NCBI GenBank assembly: GCA_016218975.1
Contig: JACRCO010000071.1
Span: forward strand, 7,723 to 71,722
From: Deltaproteobacteria bacterium
Lineage (GTDB): Bacteria > Desulfobacterota > Deferrimicrobia > Deferrimicrobiales > Deferrimicrobiaceae
Reading direction: 5' to 3'
DNA: 64,000 nt
Positions 8,654-17,226 of the stretch are shown piece after piece; the first letter of the stretch is position 1, and each line of letters begins with the position of its first letter. The notes below the pieces were generated by a model that did not search any database, was not told where the DNA came from, and saw only the letters and a program-made list of their open reading frames with translations. A program made the translations under genes and the position numbers.

Positions 8654-9565
8654 ATGAGCGTAGATCCGATATCCGCCGCGTTAGCCCCTCTCATTCGGAA
8701 CGCCTTGATTTCCCGGGCGGCCAGCCTTGCAAGAAAAGGGAGTTACACTGAAGCGGAGAACCTGCTCGCTGCGGAAACCGGAGGAAAAGTAGAACACCCC
8801 TCGGTTCTCGACCTGCTCGCCCGTATCAAGGCACAACAGGGAAAGCTGTTCGAAGCGGAAGAATTGTGGACGAAGGCGTCCCGCATGGAACCGGGCAATC
8901 CAGAATATCAGGCCGGCTTGAGGCGGATTTCGCAAATCAGAAAGAGGGGATTCTCACGGCGATCCCTGCTCACATCCACAACAGCAGTTTGCGGGGTCCT
9001 GGTCCTTCTCGCCGCGGGTATCTTTCTGAAAATCCGTTTCACGGAATCGGGCGTTCGCAACGAAACCGTTTCCGGCAAGGTCGGCGGATCTTACGCCGAC
9101 GGAATCCCCGCTTCGGCAACCGGCGTGCTGCAATCCATCGTGCTCGACATCCCCGGTGGAATCGTAACAAAAAGGAACTCGGGTTTCGATATCACATTCG
9201 AATACGGACTTTTTTCTTCGAAGGTCCGACTCAAGGGCAAGGCGAAAAAATCCATCGCCGCCCTCGCCCGCCGACTGGAACCATACAAGGAACGGATTTC
9301 CATAACCGTGATCGGTCATGCGGACAGCAATCCGGTTCCGGATGGCGCGTATTTCAGGGACAATATGTCCCTCTCGCTCGCCCGGGCCGTCGCCGTGATC
9401 GAGTCGATGCGCTCGGCTGCCTCCCTCCCCTCCGGGATCTTCCTGGCAACGGGATACGGCGAATATTCCCCTCCGTATTCAAACAGGACGAGAAATGAAC
9501 GTCTTCGCAACAGGTCGGTTACGATAAAGATATCGGCGCAGGGGACAAATCCAACACTTCCATAG
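8654..9565 (+). CDS. TPR-containing, membrane-anchored OmpA/MotB-domain (peptidoglycan-binding) protein
   Basis: Starts 1 nt after the Hsp70 stop. N-terminal TPR-like segment, one TM helix (AVCGVLVLLAAGIFL). C-terminal OmpA-like domain (ITVIGHADSNPVPDGAYFRDNMSLSLARAVAVIESM...RNRSVTIKI). Confidence 0.75.
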   Translation: MSVDPISAALAPLIRNALISRAASLARKGSYTEAENLLAAETGGKVEHPSVLDLLARIKAQQGKLFEAEELWTKASRMEPGNPEYQAGLRRISQIRKRGFSRRSLLTSTTAVCGVLVLLAAGIFLKIRFTESGVRNETVSGKVGGSYADGIPASATGVLQSIVLDIPGGIVTKRNSGFDITFEYGLFSSKVRLKGKAKKSIAALARRLEPYKERISITVIGHADSNPVPDGAYFRDNMSLSLARAVAVIESMRSAASLPSGIFLATGYGEYSPPYSNRTRNERLRNRSVTIKISAQGTNPTLP

Positions 9566-9592
9566 CGCGAATGATATCTACCCGCGCATGGA

Positions 9593-11107
9593 TCACCCTT
9601 CTCCGTCCCCGGTCCACTCGAACAGGGTTTCGGGGATTTTCTTCGTCCACGAATATTTCCCCTGGAACATTTGTCTGGCTTGTCCCCGGCTCGTACCCGC
9701 CTCGCGGAAGAACCGGTCCACAAACGCGCTCGGCGACAGCAGCAAAGCGTAAAAGAGATGCTTCTTCTCCACGAACTTCCGCCCTTCGTCGCCGGCTACG
9801 AAGCGGGCGTCCTCAAGTACACGCCGGTAGTTCAGGGTCGGCCGCGGGATAGCACCCTTCGTGCGGATGCCTGCCCTCGAGATTTTCCTGTATATTCCGA
9901 GGAGGAACGTCCGGTCGGCAGCTAAATATGAAAAAATTTGTTCCATAAAAGGATCTTCCGCCCCCTCGTACAACAGGAAACTACCGAAAAGGTGCCGTGT
10001 CTCGAGAGTGGCGTATCCTTCCTCCCGGGCGATAACTTCCGCTCGCCTAATCACCTCGACCGCTCCCGGCTGGAACGGAAACTGGAGAGGCGCCACCGTC
10101 TGGCGCGCCGCAGCGACATCGACGGCAAAGAGGAATCGGTCCTCATGGAGAAGTTCGCATGCAAGGCCTGCGGACTCATTGAACGAAAGAACCTTCCCTG
10201 CTCTTCCCGTCACTCCGGTTGCTTCAAGGAGTAGCAGTTTCGCCTTCCTTATCGCATCGATCAACCGTCCGGGATCGGTCACAACCGGTTCGAATCGTTC
10301 GGACAGATCGGTCCAGCACCCGAGAAGGCAATGGAGGAAGCTCTCTCCCTCCCGGACGACGATCAGCAACGGCTGAAGACGGACGCTTTCAAGGCACGAC
10401 GCAAACAGGAGACAAAGGTCGATGCAGGTGCCCACACCCGCTTTCTTTTCGACGGACGGAATGATTACATGCGGAGGGCGGATGACCTGGCAGTCCCGCT
10501 CGTAACTCGGGGGTTCGAACGCATACCGGATCCGGTATTCCCGGGCAAGGCAATCGTAGAGAGCTTTGTTTACACCTTCGGTTCCGCCGACCCACCCAGC
10601 CCTTCTAAACGGATCGAACAGGTAGGAGGACGCATCGGCGCCCAGCCGATCCGCCGAATCCAGGAGAATATGCTGAACGACCGGGTGGGAAGGCTGAACG
10701 AACGCCGCAAGGCTCGCACGGAATTCTGAGGCCAACGGCCATTCATAGAATCCGAGAATAGGGATATCATCTGTCCGAGCCTTCCGGCCGTCGATGTAAA
10801 AATCCAGCCTCCCGTTCTTTTTCCCCTCTTGCCCTTCAAGGATTTCGTATCGGAGGACCGGGGAGATCCCGGAGACCGTGATTTTTCCCCCGGGAAGTAT
10901 CGGGCCCAGGCGCCGTTCCCACCGTTCTCCATACCCCGGAATCTCGAACCCCACGACCGGGGTAACGGGCGAATGACCTTCATTCCGAACGACAAAATCG
11001 GAAATAACGGGAATGCCGCAGTGATAAAGGACATAATTTACCGCGGAAGCTTTTCGGTAGGAGACCGCAAGATCCCCCATCCGGAACCTGACGAAAGCTG
11101 ATTTCAT
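9593..11107 (-). CDS. Transglutaminase-like cysteine-protease-domain protein with C-terminal Clp-N-like repeats
   Basis: ORF 504 aa. Core GVGTCIDLCLLFASCLESVRLQPLLIVV...H...D resembles the transglutaminase-like Cys-His-Asp core (G.C.DFA.LF.AL.RA.GIPAR). The C-terminal half has two Clp_N-type repeats (ATLETRHLFGSFLL..., KKHLFYALLLSP). Overlaps the upstream anti-sigma gene by 4 nt. Confidence 0.55.
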   Translation of the reverse strand: MKSAFVRFRMGDLAVSYRKASAVNYVLYHCGIPVISDFVVRNEGHSPVTPVVGFEIPGYGERWERRLGPILPGGKITVSGISPVLRYEILEGQEGKKNGRLDFYIDGRKARTDDIPILGFYEWPLASEFRASLAAFVQPSHPVVQHILLDSADRLGADASSYLFDPFRRAGWVGGTEGVNKALYDCLAREYRIRYAFEPPSYERDCQVIRPPHVIIPSVEKKAGVGTCIDLCLLFASCLESVRLQPLLIVVREGESFLHCLLGCWTDLSERFEPVVTDPGRLIDAIRKAKLLLLEATGVTGRAGKVLSFNESAGLACELLHEDRFLFAVDVAAARQTVAPLQFPFQPGAVEVIRRAEVIAREEGYATLETRHLFGSFLLYEGAEDPFMEQIFSYLAADRTFLLGIYRKISRAGIRTKGAIPRPTLNYRRVLEDARFVAGDEGRKFVEKKHLFYALLLSPSAFVDRFFREAGTSRGQARQMFQGKYSWTKKIPETLFEWTGDGEG

Positions 11108-11790
11108 ATCAAAAACGGTCTGTACTCACCGTCGGGGACGCCTTCGAATTCGGTCACGAGAATATCCCCTCCCGGCTGCGAAACCGCCCTAAATGCGCCG
11201 ATCAGAGGCTCCCCCCCATGCTCCGGGACGAGGAGGACGATGGGCCATGGTTCATCGAGCATCTGTGATGCAACCGAGATTGTACGCGAAGCGGCGCTGG
11301 CGGTTATTTTCATCCATGGCGGCCCGCCCGTTTCCACCGTGACGACCTCCGATCCCCCTGCGCCGCGGATACGGCCTTGTGATACGGTAGCAAACAGCGG
11401 ATTCGGCCCCCCCGAAAAGATATTTTCAAGCTCCTCTCCGGCGCCTTTCGCGATTCTCCCTCGCGCGTCAAGCAGAAACCGGACAGGACTTCGAACCTTT
11501 CCACCGAATTTCTCAACCCAGGAAGCGATCCTCGCAGCGATCCGGGTATCCCCGGCATATGCAGGAAGGAACCCCTGAATCGCCCGTTTCGAAGCATCGG
11601 GTCCGACGCCTCCGGATGTCCACCATTCCCAGACCTCGCCGAACCATTCCTTGATAAGAAAGCATCGCCGAACCTTGCCCGCGCAGAGGTCGCACGAAGC
11701 CATGTGGACCTCAGCGCGAAAAGCTTCCTCTCCGGAAACAAGATCCCGGACATATGCCTGCATTTCCTTAAGCGTCAGGTGCGCGATCAT
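11104..11790 (-). CDS. Zinc-finger anti-sigma factor (putative)
   Basis: N-terminus MIAHLTLKEMQAYVRDLVSGEEAFRAEVHMASCDLCAGK carries the H-x3-C-x2-C zinc-binding anti-sigma motif. Start overlaps the sigma gene stop by 4 nt (operonic). Confidence 0.6.
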   Translation of the reverse strand: MIAHLTLKEMQAYVRDLVSGEEAFRAEVHMASCDLCAGKVRRCFLIKEWFGEVWEWWTSGGVGPDASKRAIQGFLPAYAGDTRIAARIASWVEKFGGKVRSPVRFLLDARGRIAKGAGEELENIFSGGPNPLFATVSQGRIRGAGGSEVVTVETGGPPWMKITASAASRTISVASQMLDEPWPIVLLVPEHGGEPLIGAFRAVSQPGGDILVTEFEGVPDGEYRPFLI

Positions 11791-12674
11791 CGCTCGATCT
11801 CCGGCGTCAACTCGTCTCCCTGCGGTTCGACGTCGAATTCCTCCTTGATCCTTTTCTTCACTTTATGGCACCAGTCGTAAATGGAAGACTCCCTCCGATC
11901 TTCGGCGGTGATGAATTTTCCCAGCGGGATATCGCGGACCTTCCCGTCCCCGCATAAATCCCTGATGTCGAGGTATTCCTTCTCGACATAAACTTCCCGG
12001 GCCGTTCTCTCAAGGGATCGGTTCGTGCCCTCCCAGCAATTGCGGTAGGCCGCGCGGGAAACCATTTCCGAAGGATCGGAAAAACCGCCAGTGAACGATT
12101 GATGGTGGATATCGATCAGGCTTTCGAGGAGATCCCCCAATCGGCGGTTTTCGCTGTTTTTCAGGAAAAATCGCGGTTTCCAATGCAGCAGCTTGACAAA
12201 CCCGAAGGCAATGGCCTGATGAGGTTTGACTGAACACTCCGAGAGCGCCTGGATCATCAACAGGGAGGTCTGGGGATCCGGATGGACGGGCGTGCTGAAT
12301 GCCGGCCGGGGAAGCGGGTTTCTTTCAGCGAAGTCGATCATTCCCTTTTTCATTTTCGTCAAGTAACGCAAATAGACGAATCCCGCCAGATTGCGAAGAA
12401 AAGTGAAAAAGGCATATTCGTACTTGTACTTGCCCCCAAGCAGATTTTTATACGCATAGATGAACGTGTCCTGGCAAAGATCTTCATGAGCGCTTTCGTC
12501 CCAAACGCGGCACCGAAAGTACCCCTTTATCGCCTCGTTATACGCATCGTAAAGTAGTTCCCATGCGGACATGTCCCCGTTTCCGGCAAGTTCGGCGAGG
12601 CGGCGCTGTTCTTCCCTGGATAAAGCGGCATCGGCCACCGCCGACCTCCATTCCATCCGGTATGCGATCGACAT
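11787..12674 (-). CDS. RNA polymerase sigma-70 family factor (ECF-like, divergent)
   Basis: ORF 295 aa. Region-2-like DLCQDTFIYAYKNL and downstream FLRNLAGFVYLRYL. Adjacent and coupled to a zinc-finger anti-sigma gene. Longer than typical ECF sigma factors, so the assignment is moderate. Confidence 0.5.
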   Translation of the reverse strand: MSIAYRMEWRSAVADAALSREEQRRLAELAGNGDMSAWELLYDAYNEAIKGYFRCRVWDESAHEDLCQDTFIYAYKNLLGGKYKYEYAFFTFLRNLAGFVYLRYLTKMKKGMIDFAERNPLPRPAFSTPVHPDPQTSLLMIQALSECSVKPHQAIAFGFVKLLHWKPRFFLKNSENRRLGDLLESLIDIHHQSFTGGFSDPSEMVSRAAYRNCWEGTNRSLERTAREVYVEKEYLDIRDLCGDGKVRDIPLGKFITAEDRRESSIYDWCHKVKKRIKEEFDVEPQGDELTPEIER

Positions 12675-12858
12675 CCCTCGGTTCCGTGTATTTTACGTGT
12701 TGCGCCATCTTCAATGCCATAACAACGATCCGGATTTTATTCCCCTCCCCGTCTTTATTTTCCATTTACGCCGAACCGGGGGTTTTCTCGCTCTCCCCGT
12801 GCCGCGGATGCTGCGGGCTCGAAAGTCAGCGGATTTACGGAGCGGGTTCCCGGGGACG

Positions 12859-15108
12859 TTAAACCATCATGTGGTACGGGTCGACGTCGGCCTCGATGCG
12901 GACGCCGTGCTTGCGGACGAGGTCGCGCAGGGGTCGAAGGAGCGGCGGGAAGAAATCCCCGACGGGAAACCGCGGGGGCATCTTCAAAAGGATCTGGAAC
13001 CGGTGCTTCTTTTTCACGAAGGAAATGGGGGACGGGGCGGGGCCCAACAGGCCGATGCCCGCGGCGGACACCGGCTTCGACAGCTCTTCCGCCGCTTCCT
13101 CCGCCGCCTGCCGGACACGGTCTTCCTTCGGCCCCCACAGGCGCAACAGAAGCATACGACCGAAGGGAGGGTAGCCCAGCGCTTTCCTCCCCGCCAGTTC
13201 CTCCTCCATGAAACGGGCGAAATCGTGTGCGGCCGCCGCGCGTATGCAGACATGTTCCGGGGAAAGGGTCTGGACGATCACCCTTCCCGGCCGGTCCCCT
13301 CTCCCTGCGCGCCCCGCCACCTGCGTCAGTATCTGGAACGTCCGCTCCGAGGACCGGAAATCGGGGAAGGAAAGGGACAGGTCGGCGAGAAGCACACCCA
13401 CGAGCGTCACCTCCGGGAAATCGTGTCCCTTGGCGATCATCTGGGTGCCCACAAGGATGTCCACGTCCCCGGAATGCATACGGGCAAGGATTTCTCCGTA
13501 CATTCCTTTCCTGCGGCTTATGTCGGAATCCAGGCGGGCAACACGGGCATCCTTCCAGCGTTTGGAGGCCCACGCAAGGAGCCGTTCCGTGCCGATCCCT
13601 ACCTGTGCCAGCTTGTGCCCGCCGCACACCGCGCACCTCTCCGGAGGGGATGTCCTGGCATCGCAATAGTGGCACAACAGCGCGTCGTGCTGCTGGTGGA
13701 AGGTAAGGGTCACCCGGCAGTTGCGGCATTGAACCGTCTGTCCGCAATCGAGGCAGGTGACGGCCGGCGCATATCCCCTGCGGTTGAGGAAGAGCATGGC
13801 CTTTTCACCCCGGCCCATCGTTTCCTCGACGGCCTCCTCCAGTTCGGGGGAAAAATAGCGGTCCGCGCCCCGCAGGGAAGTGCGGTTTTTCAGGTCCACG
13901 ATCCGGATCTCCGGCAGATCCCTTCCGCCGATCCGCTCCGGCAGGGAGAGCAGCGCCGCCTCCCCTTCCCGAGCCATCTGCATCGATTCCGCGGAAGGGG
14001 TAGCGGAGCCCAGCAGGACGACGGCGTTCTCCAGCTTCCCCCGCAGGATCGCCAGATCCCGTGCCTGGTAGCGGATCCCGTCTTCCTGCTTGTAAGCGGC
14101 GTCATGCTCTTCGTCGACGATGAAAAGCCCGGGTGCAGGGAATGGCGAGAAGACGGCGGACCGCGCGCCGACGCATAAGAAAACCTCGCCGGCCCGGACC
14201 TTGCGCCATTGCGCCGCCCGCTCCGCAGGCGAGAGCCCGCTGTGAAGTACGGCCACGCCGCCGCCGAACCGGGAGGCGACCCGGCCGAGAAGCTGGGGAG
14301 TCAGCGCGATCTCGGGCACGAGATAAACCGCTTGCCTTCCCGTCTGCCGGACCTGTTCAACGGCCCGCAGGTAGACTTCCGTCTTCCCGGAACCTGTTAT
14401 GCCGTGCAGCACGAAGACTGCGAACTTCTCCGAGGAGAGCGCTACTCCTATTTTCACGAGCGCCGCTTCCTGGTGCGGGGTGGGGACGATCTCCCCCGTC
14501 ATGTCGGGGAGGTGCATTTCATGCAGCCCGACGGGTTTCTCCCGCACCGCCGCGGCGAGCCGTCCCTTCGCAGCCAGCCTCTTCGCGGCCTCCGCCCCGC
14601 CCGGAATGCGCGCGGAGAGATCGGCGGCGGATATCTCGCCGGCCTCCAGCACGGCGGAAAGGACCTCCCGCTGCTTCGGGGTCGTGTCGCCGTCGTTTCC
14701 GCCGTCCACCGGACGGAAGACCGTCTCCGTGCGGGGCCCGGAGGGGATGTCTCTCCGGGGAAGGCCGCGGGGAAGCGCGGCGCGCAGCATTTCGCCCAGC
14801 GGCGCAAGGCATTCGCGGGAGGCGATGGAAAGGAACTCCAGGTGGCGGGGCGTTACGTACGGCTCCTCGTCGAGGAAGGAAATGACGGATTTCGCTTCCC
14901 GCCCGGCGAGGGAGGAGCCGTCCGCCAAAGCGACGATCAGGCCCGCGACCTTCCTCGGCCCGAACGGAACGAGGACGCGGACGCCTACCTTCGCACGCTC
15001 CTCCGCGCCTGGCGGAACCCGGTAAGTGAACGTGTGGTCGAGCGGCAGCGGGACCGCCACTTCGACATATAAAGGCGAAGGGGATGGAACGGGATTCATC
15101 CGCTCCAT
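12859..15108 (-). CDS. priA: Primosomal protein N' (PriA helicase)
   Basis: N-terminus VAVPLPLDHTFTYRVP. Walker A GITGSGKT. DEEH box (FIVDEEHD). Cys-rich zinc-binding insert (CLDCGQTVQCRNCRVTLTFHQQHDALLCHYCDARTSPPERCAVCGG). Start ambiguous among 15108, 15099 and 15174. Confidence 0.9.
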   Translation of the reverse strand: MERMNPVPSPSPLYVEVAVPLPLDHTFTYRVPPGAEERAKVGVRVLVPFGPRKVAGLIVALADGSSLAGREAKSVISFLDEEPYVTPRHLEFLSIASRECLAPLGEMLRAALPRGLPRRDIPSGPRTETVFRPVDGGNDGDTTPKQREVLSAVLEAGEISAADLSARIPGGAEAAKRLAAKGRLAAAVREKPVGLHEMHLPDMTGEIVPTPHQEAALVKIGVALSSEKFAVFVLHGITGSGKTEVYLRAVEQVRQTGRQAVYLVPEIALTPQLLGRVASRFGGGVAVLHSGLSPAERAAQWRKVRAGEVFLCVGARSAVFSPFPAPGLFIVDEEHDAAYKQEDGIRYQARDLAILRGKLENAVVLLGSATPSAESMQMAREGEAALLSLPERIGGRDLPEIRIVDLKNRTSLRGADRYFSPELEEAVEETMGRGEKAMLFLNRRGYAPAVTCLDCGQTVQCRNCRVTLTFHQQHDALLCHYCDARTSPPERCAVCGGHKLAQVGIGTERLLAWASKRWKDARVARLDSDISRRKGMYGEILARMHSGDVDILVGTQMIAKGHDFPEVTLVGVLLADLSLSFPDFRSSERTFQILTQVAGRAGRGDRPGRVIVQTLSPEHVCIRAAAAHDFARFMEEELAGRKALGYPPFGRMLLLRLWGPKEDRVRQAAEEAAEELSKPVSAAGIGLLGPAPSPISFVKKKHRFQILLKMPPRFPVGDFFPPLLRPLRDLVRKHGVRIEADVDPYHMMV

Positions 15109-15189
15109 CTTACCCCGGACGCGGCCGGTAGCGAGCCCGCATTTCTCATCATGCTTCGCCGCTGTGGGAAGCATTGCGAACAGAGAAGG

Positions 15190-16428
15190 CTAAACGTAAA
15201 CAGTACGCTCCACCATCCCTCCCCGGATCGTGAGCATCAAGGCAAGGTAATCCCGCAGGTTCCGGGTAAGCAGGAAATTCTCCCGGACGAACTCCCGGCC
15301 CCTTTCGCCCATTTCCTTCATCCGGTCACGGTGGTGCAGCAGGTACCGGATCCTGTGCGCCGCTCCTTCGGGAGTGTTGACGAGGAATCCGGTCTGATAA
15401 TTGGTCACCTGGATACGGATCCCTCCGACGTCTCCCCCGATCACGGGTTTACCCTTCCAAAGCCCTTCCGTGACGGTTAGGCCGAACCCCTCACGGGTCG
15501 ATTTCTGAAGGACGATCTCCGCCAGGCGCTGGAGGGCATTGACGGTCTTGTGCGCGTCCGACGGGAGCAGGAGGACGTGAATGTCCGGGTCCCCGTTCGC
15601 AGCCTCCATCACATCGTCGAATACCGCCTTCCCTTCGGGGTCGTCGGTCGCCCCTCCTCCGGCCAGGACGAGCTGTACGGGAGCCACGTTGCGCACCAGC
15701 CGGTACGCCCGGATCACCCCGACCGGGTCCTTGAACCGGTCGAACCGTGAGATCTGGACGAGCAGCGGCCGCTCCGGGTCGAGCCGGAATTCCGCGCGGA
15801 CGCTCTCAAGCTCCGCCGGGGTCAAATCACGGTTCTTCTCGCTTAAAGGGTTTATGCTCGGCGGGATCAGGAACTGCGGGATCGGCAGGTGCTGGGCGAA
15901 TTGAGCCATCGAGAAGATGCTTGCGTCGTACTTGTCCACGTATGTGCGCAGGACTTTCCAGACGGGCCGGAACGGATGGCTTATGTCGATGTGGGCGCGC
16001 CAGATCCATTTCCCCTTCCTGTTTGAGCACAGTTTCAGCAGGAAAGCCGGCTGGGGATCGTGGATGACGACGAAGTCCGCTTCCGCCAGCAGCGGACGAA
16101 GCCGCTCCGCGTTAGTCTCGTTTTCCTCCTGGTAGGTCCTCCAGTCCTTTTTCGGAATGTCGACAGGCTTCCCCTGGAGGCCGTTGTGGATCGCCTTGGT
16201 GATCTCGAAGAACCTGCGAGTGCCGTGGATAACCTCCCAGGAGGCATCCACCCCCACGTCCTGCATGTGCGGGATCATCCAGTCCAGGATCTCCGCGACT
16301 CCGCCCCCTTCACGCGTGGAATTCACGTGGACGATCCGTTGCCCGGCAAGTTTTTCGCCGAGCCGCCGCAGCTGCCCGACGACGGAGGAGCCCACGATCG
16401 GCTCATAGGCGGCAAGGGAGGAGCTCAT
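15190..16428 (-). CDS. GT4 glycosyltransferase, TreT-like trehalose synthase (putative)
   Basis: Within ORF 15190..16560. Start taken at ATG 16428 (MSSSLAAYEP). HVNSTREGGGVAEIL N-terminal motif typical of TreT-type GT4 enzymes. C-terminal GT-B motif KSTREGFGLTVTEGLWKGKPVIGGDVGGI. Sits in the trehalose (TreY/TreZ) neighbourhood. Confidence 0.7.
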   Translation of the reverse strand: MSSSLAAYEPIVGSSVVGQLRRLGEKLAGQRIVHVNSTREGGGVAEILDWMIPHMQDVGVDASWEVIHGTRRFFEITKAIHNGLQGKPVDIPKKDWRTYQEENETNAERLRPLLAEADFVVIHDPQPAFLLKLCSNRKGKWIWRAHIDISHPFRPVWKVLRTYVDKYDASIFSMAQFAQHLPIPQFLIPPSINPLSEKNRDLTPAELESVRAEFRLDPERPLLVQISRFDRFKDPVGVIRAYRLVRNVAPVQLVLAGGGATDDPEGKAVFDDVMEAANGDPDIHVLLLPSDAHKTVNALQRLAEIVLQKSTREGFGLTVTEGLWKGKPVIGGDVGGIRIQVTNYQTGFLVNTPEGAAHRIRYLLHHRDRMKEMGERGREFVRENFLLTRNLRDYLALMLTIRGGMVERTVYV

Positions 16429-17078
16429 ATGCCTTCCTTCACCTGCAACAGGACCCGCGCCAGTTCCTTGCGAAGGTGGGCGAGGTTGTGGAACTGGAAG
16501 TCGATCGATGCAAGCGCCTTGAGGTAAGGCTCGAATTCCTTGCCTGCCTCCGACAGCCATGCCGAAAAATCGTCCTTTCCCACCGGCGGACGTCTCAAGG
16601 CTTCAAGGAAGTGGTAGTAGATGCTCCCGTTCGTCATCCTGAGGATGGCGGGGGCCAGGTCCAGCGGAGCATGGATGAAATCCCCGGTGTCGAAGACGAC
16701 GGTCGTGGCTTCCATGAACAGGAATTCATCGCCGTGCCTCACCCAGGGGACGTACGGCAACTCCCCGAGCCGGTCGTCTATGATGTCGAGGGTAACCGTT
16801 CTCATCTCATCCATGCCGGATGCGGCGTACGGGTCCAGGATCCCCAGCCGCTCCGCCAGTACGCGGTCGCCCAGGTACCGCTTGATCCAGACCGCGAAGT
16901 CGTTCCGGTAATCCGGATCGTCGAACGTCGGCCGGAGCGTCGTTTCGCAGAAGTGATGGTAAAGCACCCCTTCCCCGCAGACGGCGATTCGTTCCCGCAA
17001 CTCACGCATGCTCATCGCCGGGGGCAGGCCGCTCGTCCGGACGAGCAGCGCGCAATCCTTCACCTCGAAAGGGGCCAT
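16425..17078 (-). CDS. Hypothetical protein (operonic with TreT-like gene)
   Basis: ORF 16425..17105. Preferred start ATG 17078, preceded by an AAGGAGA RBS. No recognisable motifs. 4-nt overlap with the downstream GT4 gene. Confidence 0.45.
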   Translation of the reverse strand: MAPFEVKDCALLVRTSGLPPAMSMRELRERIAVCGEGVLYHHFCETTLRPTFDDPDYRNDFAVWIKRYLGDRVLAERLGILDPYAASGMDEMRTVTLDIIDDRLGELPYVPWVRHGDEFLFMEATTVVFDTGDFIHAPLDLAPAILRMTNGSIYYHFLEALRRPPVGKDDFSAWLSEAGKEFEPYLKALASIDFQFHNLAHLRKELARVLLQVKEGI

Positions 17079-17226
17079 GCCGCCTCGTCTCCTTTTTCCC
17101 GGCATTCTTCATAGAAGTAGACAGGCGATGAAACTCGCAAGTTTCAGGAAAGGACACGAATCAGCAAGGCGCGCCTCTCATCTTAGTGAGTGGAATATCG
17201 GATGGGGTGGGATAGGAACCGCCTGG

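Noticed and set aside
9565-9590. GCGCG...CGCGC 5-bp stem-loop between convergent stops as a bidirectional terminator
   Set aside because: The stem is too short and there is no flanking T/A tract. Not reported as a feature.
12571-14178. 535-aa plus-strand ORF and the 330-aa minus alternate-frame ORF (12755..13747)
   Set aside because: Both lie within or antisense to priA, whose frame carries the helicase and zinc-finger motifs. These are high-GC frame artefacts.
17008-17226. Longer treZ start at 17008 or 17128
   Set aside because: These would leave a divergent intergenic space of 22 bp or less with the upstream minus-strand gene. The conserved TreZ N-terminus aligns from the Met at 17227.
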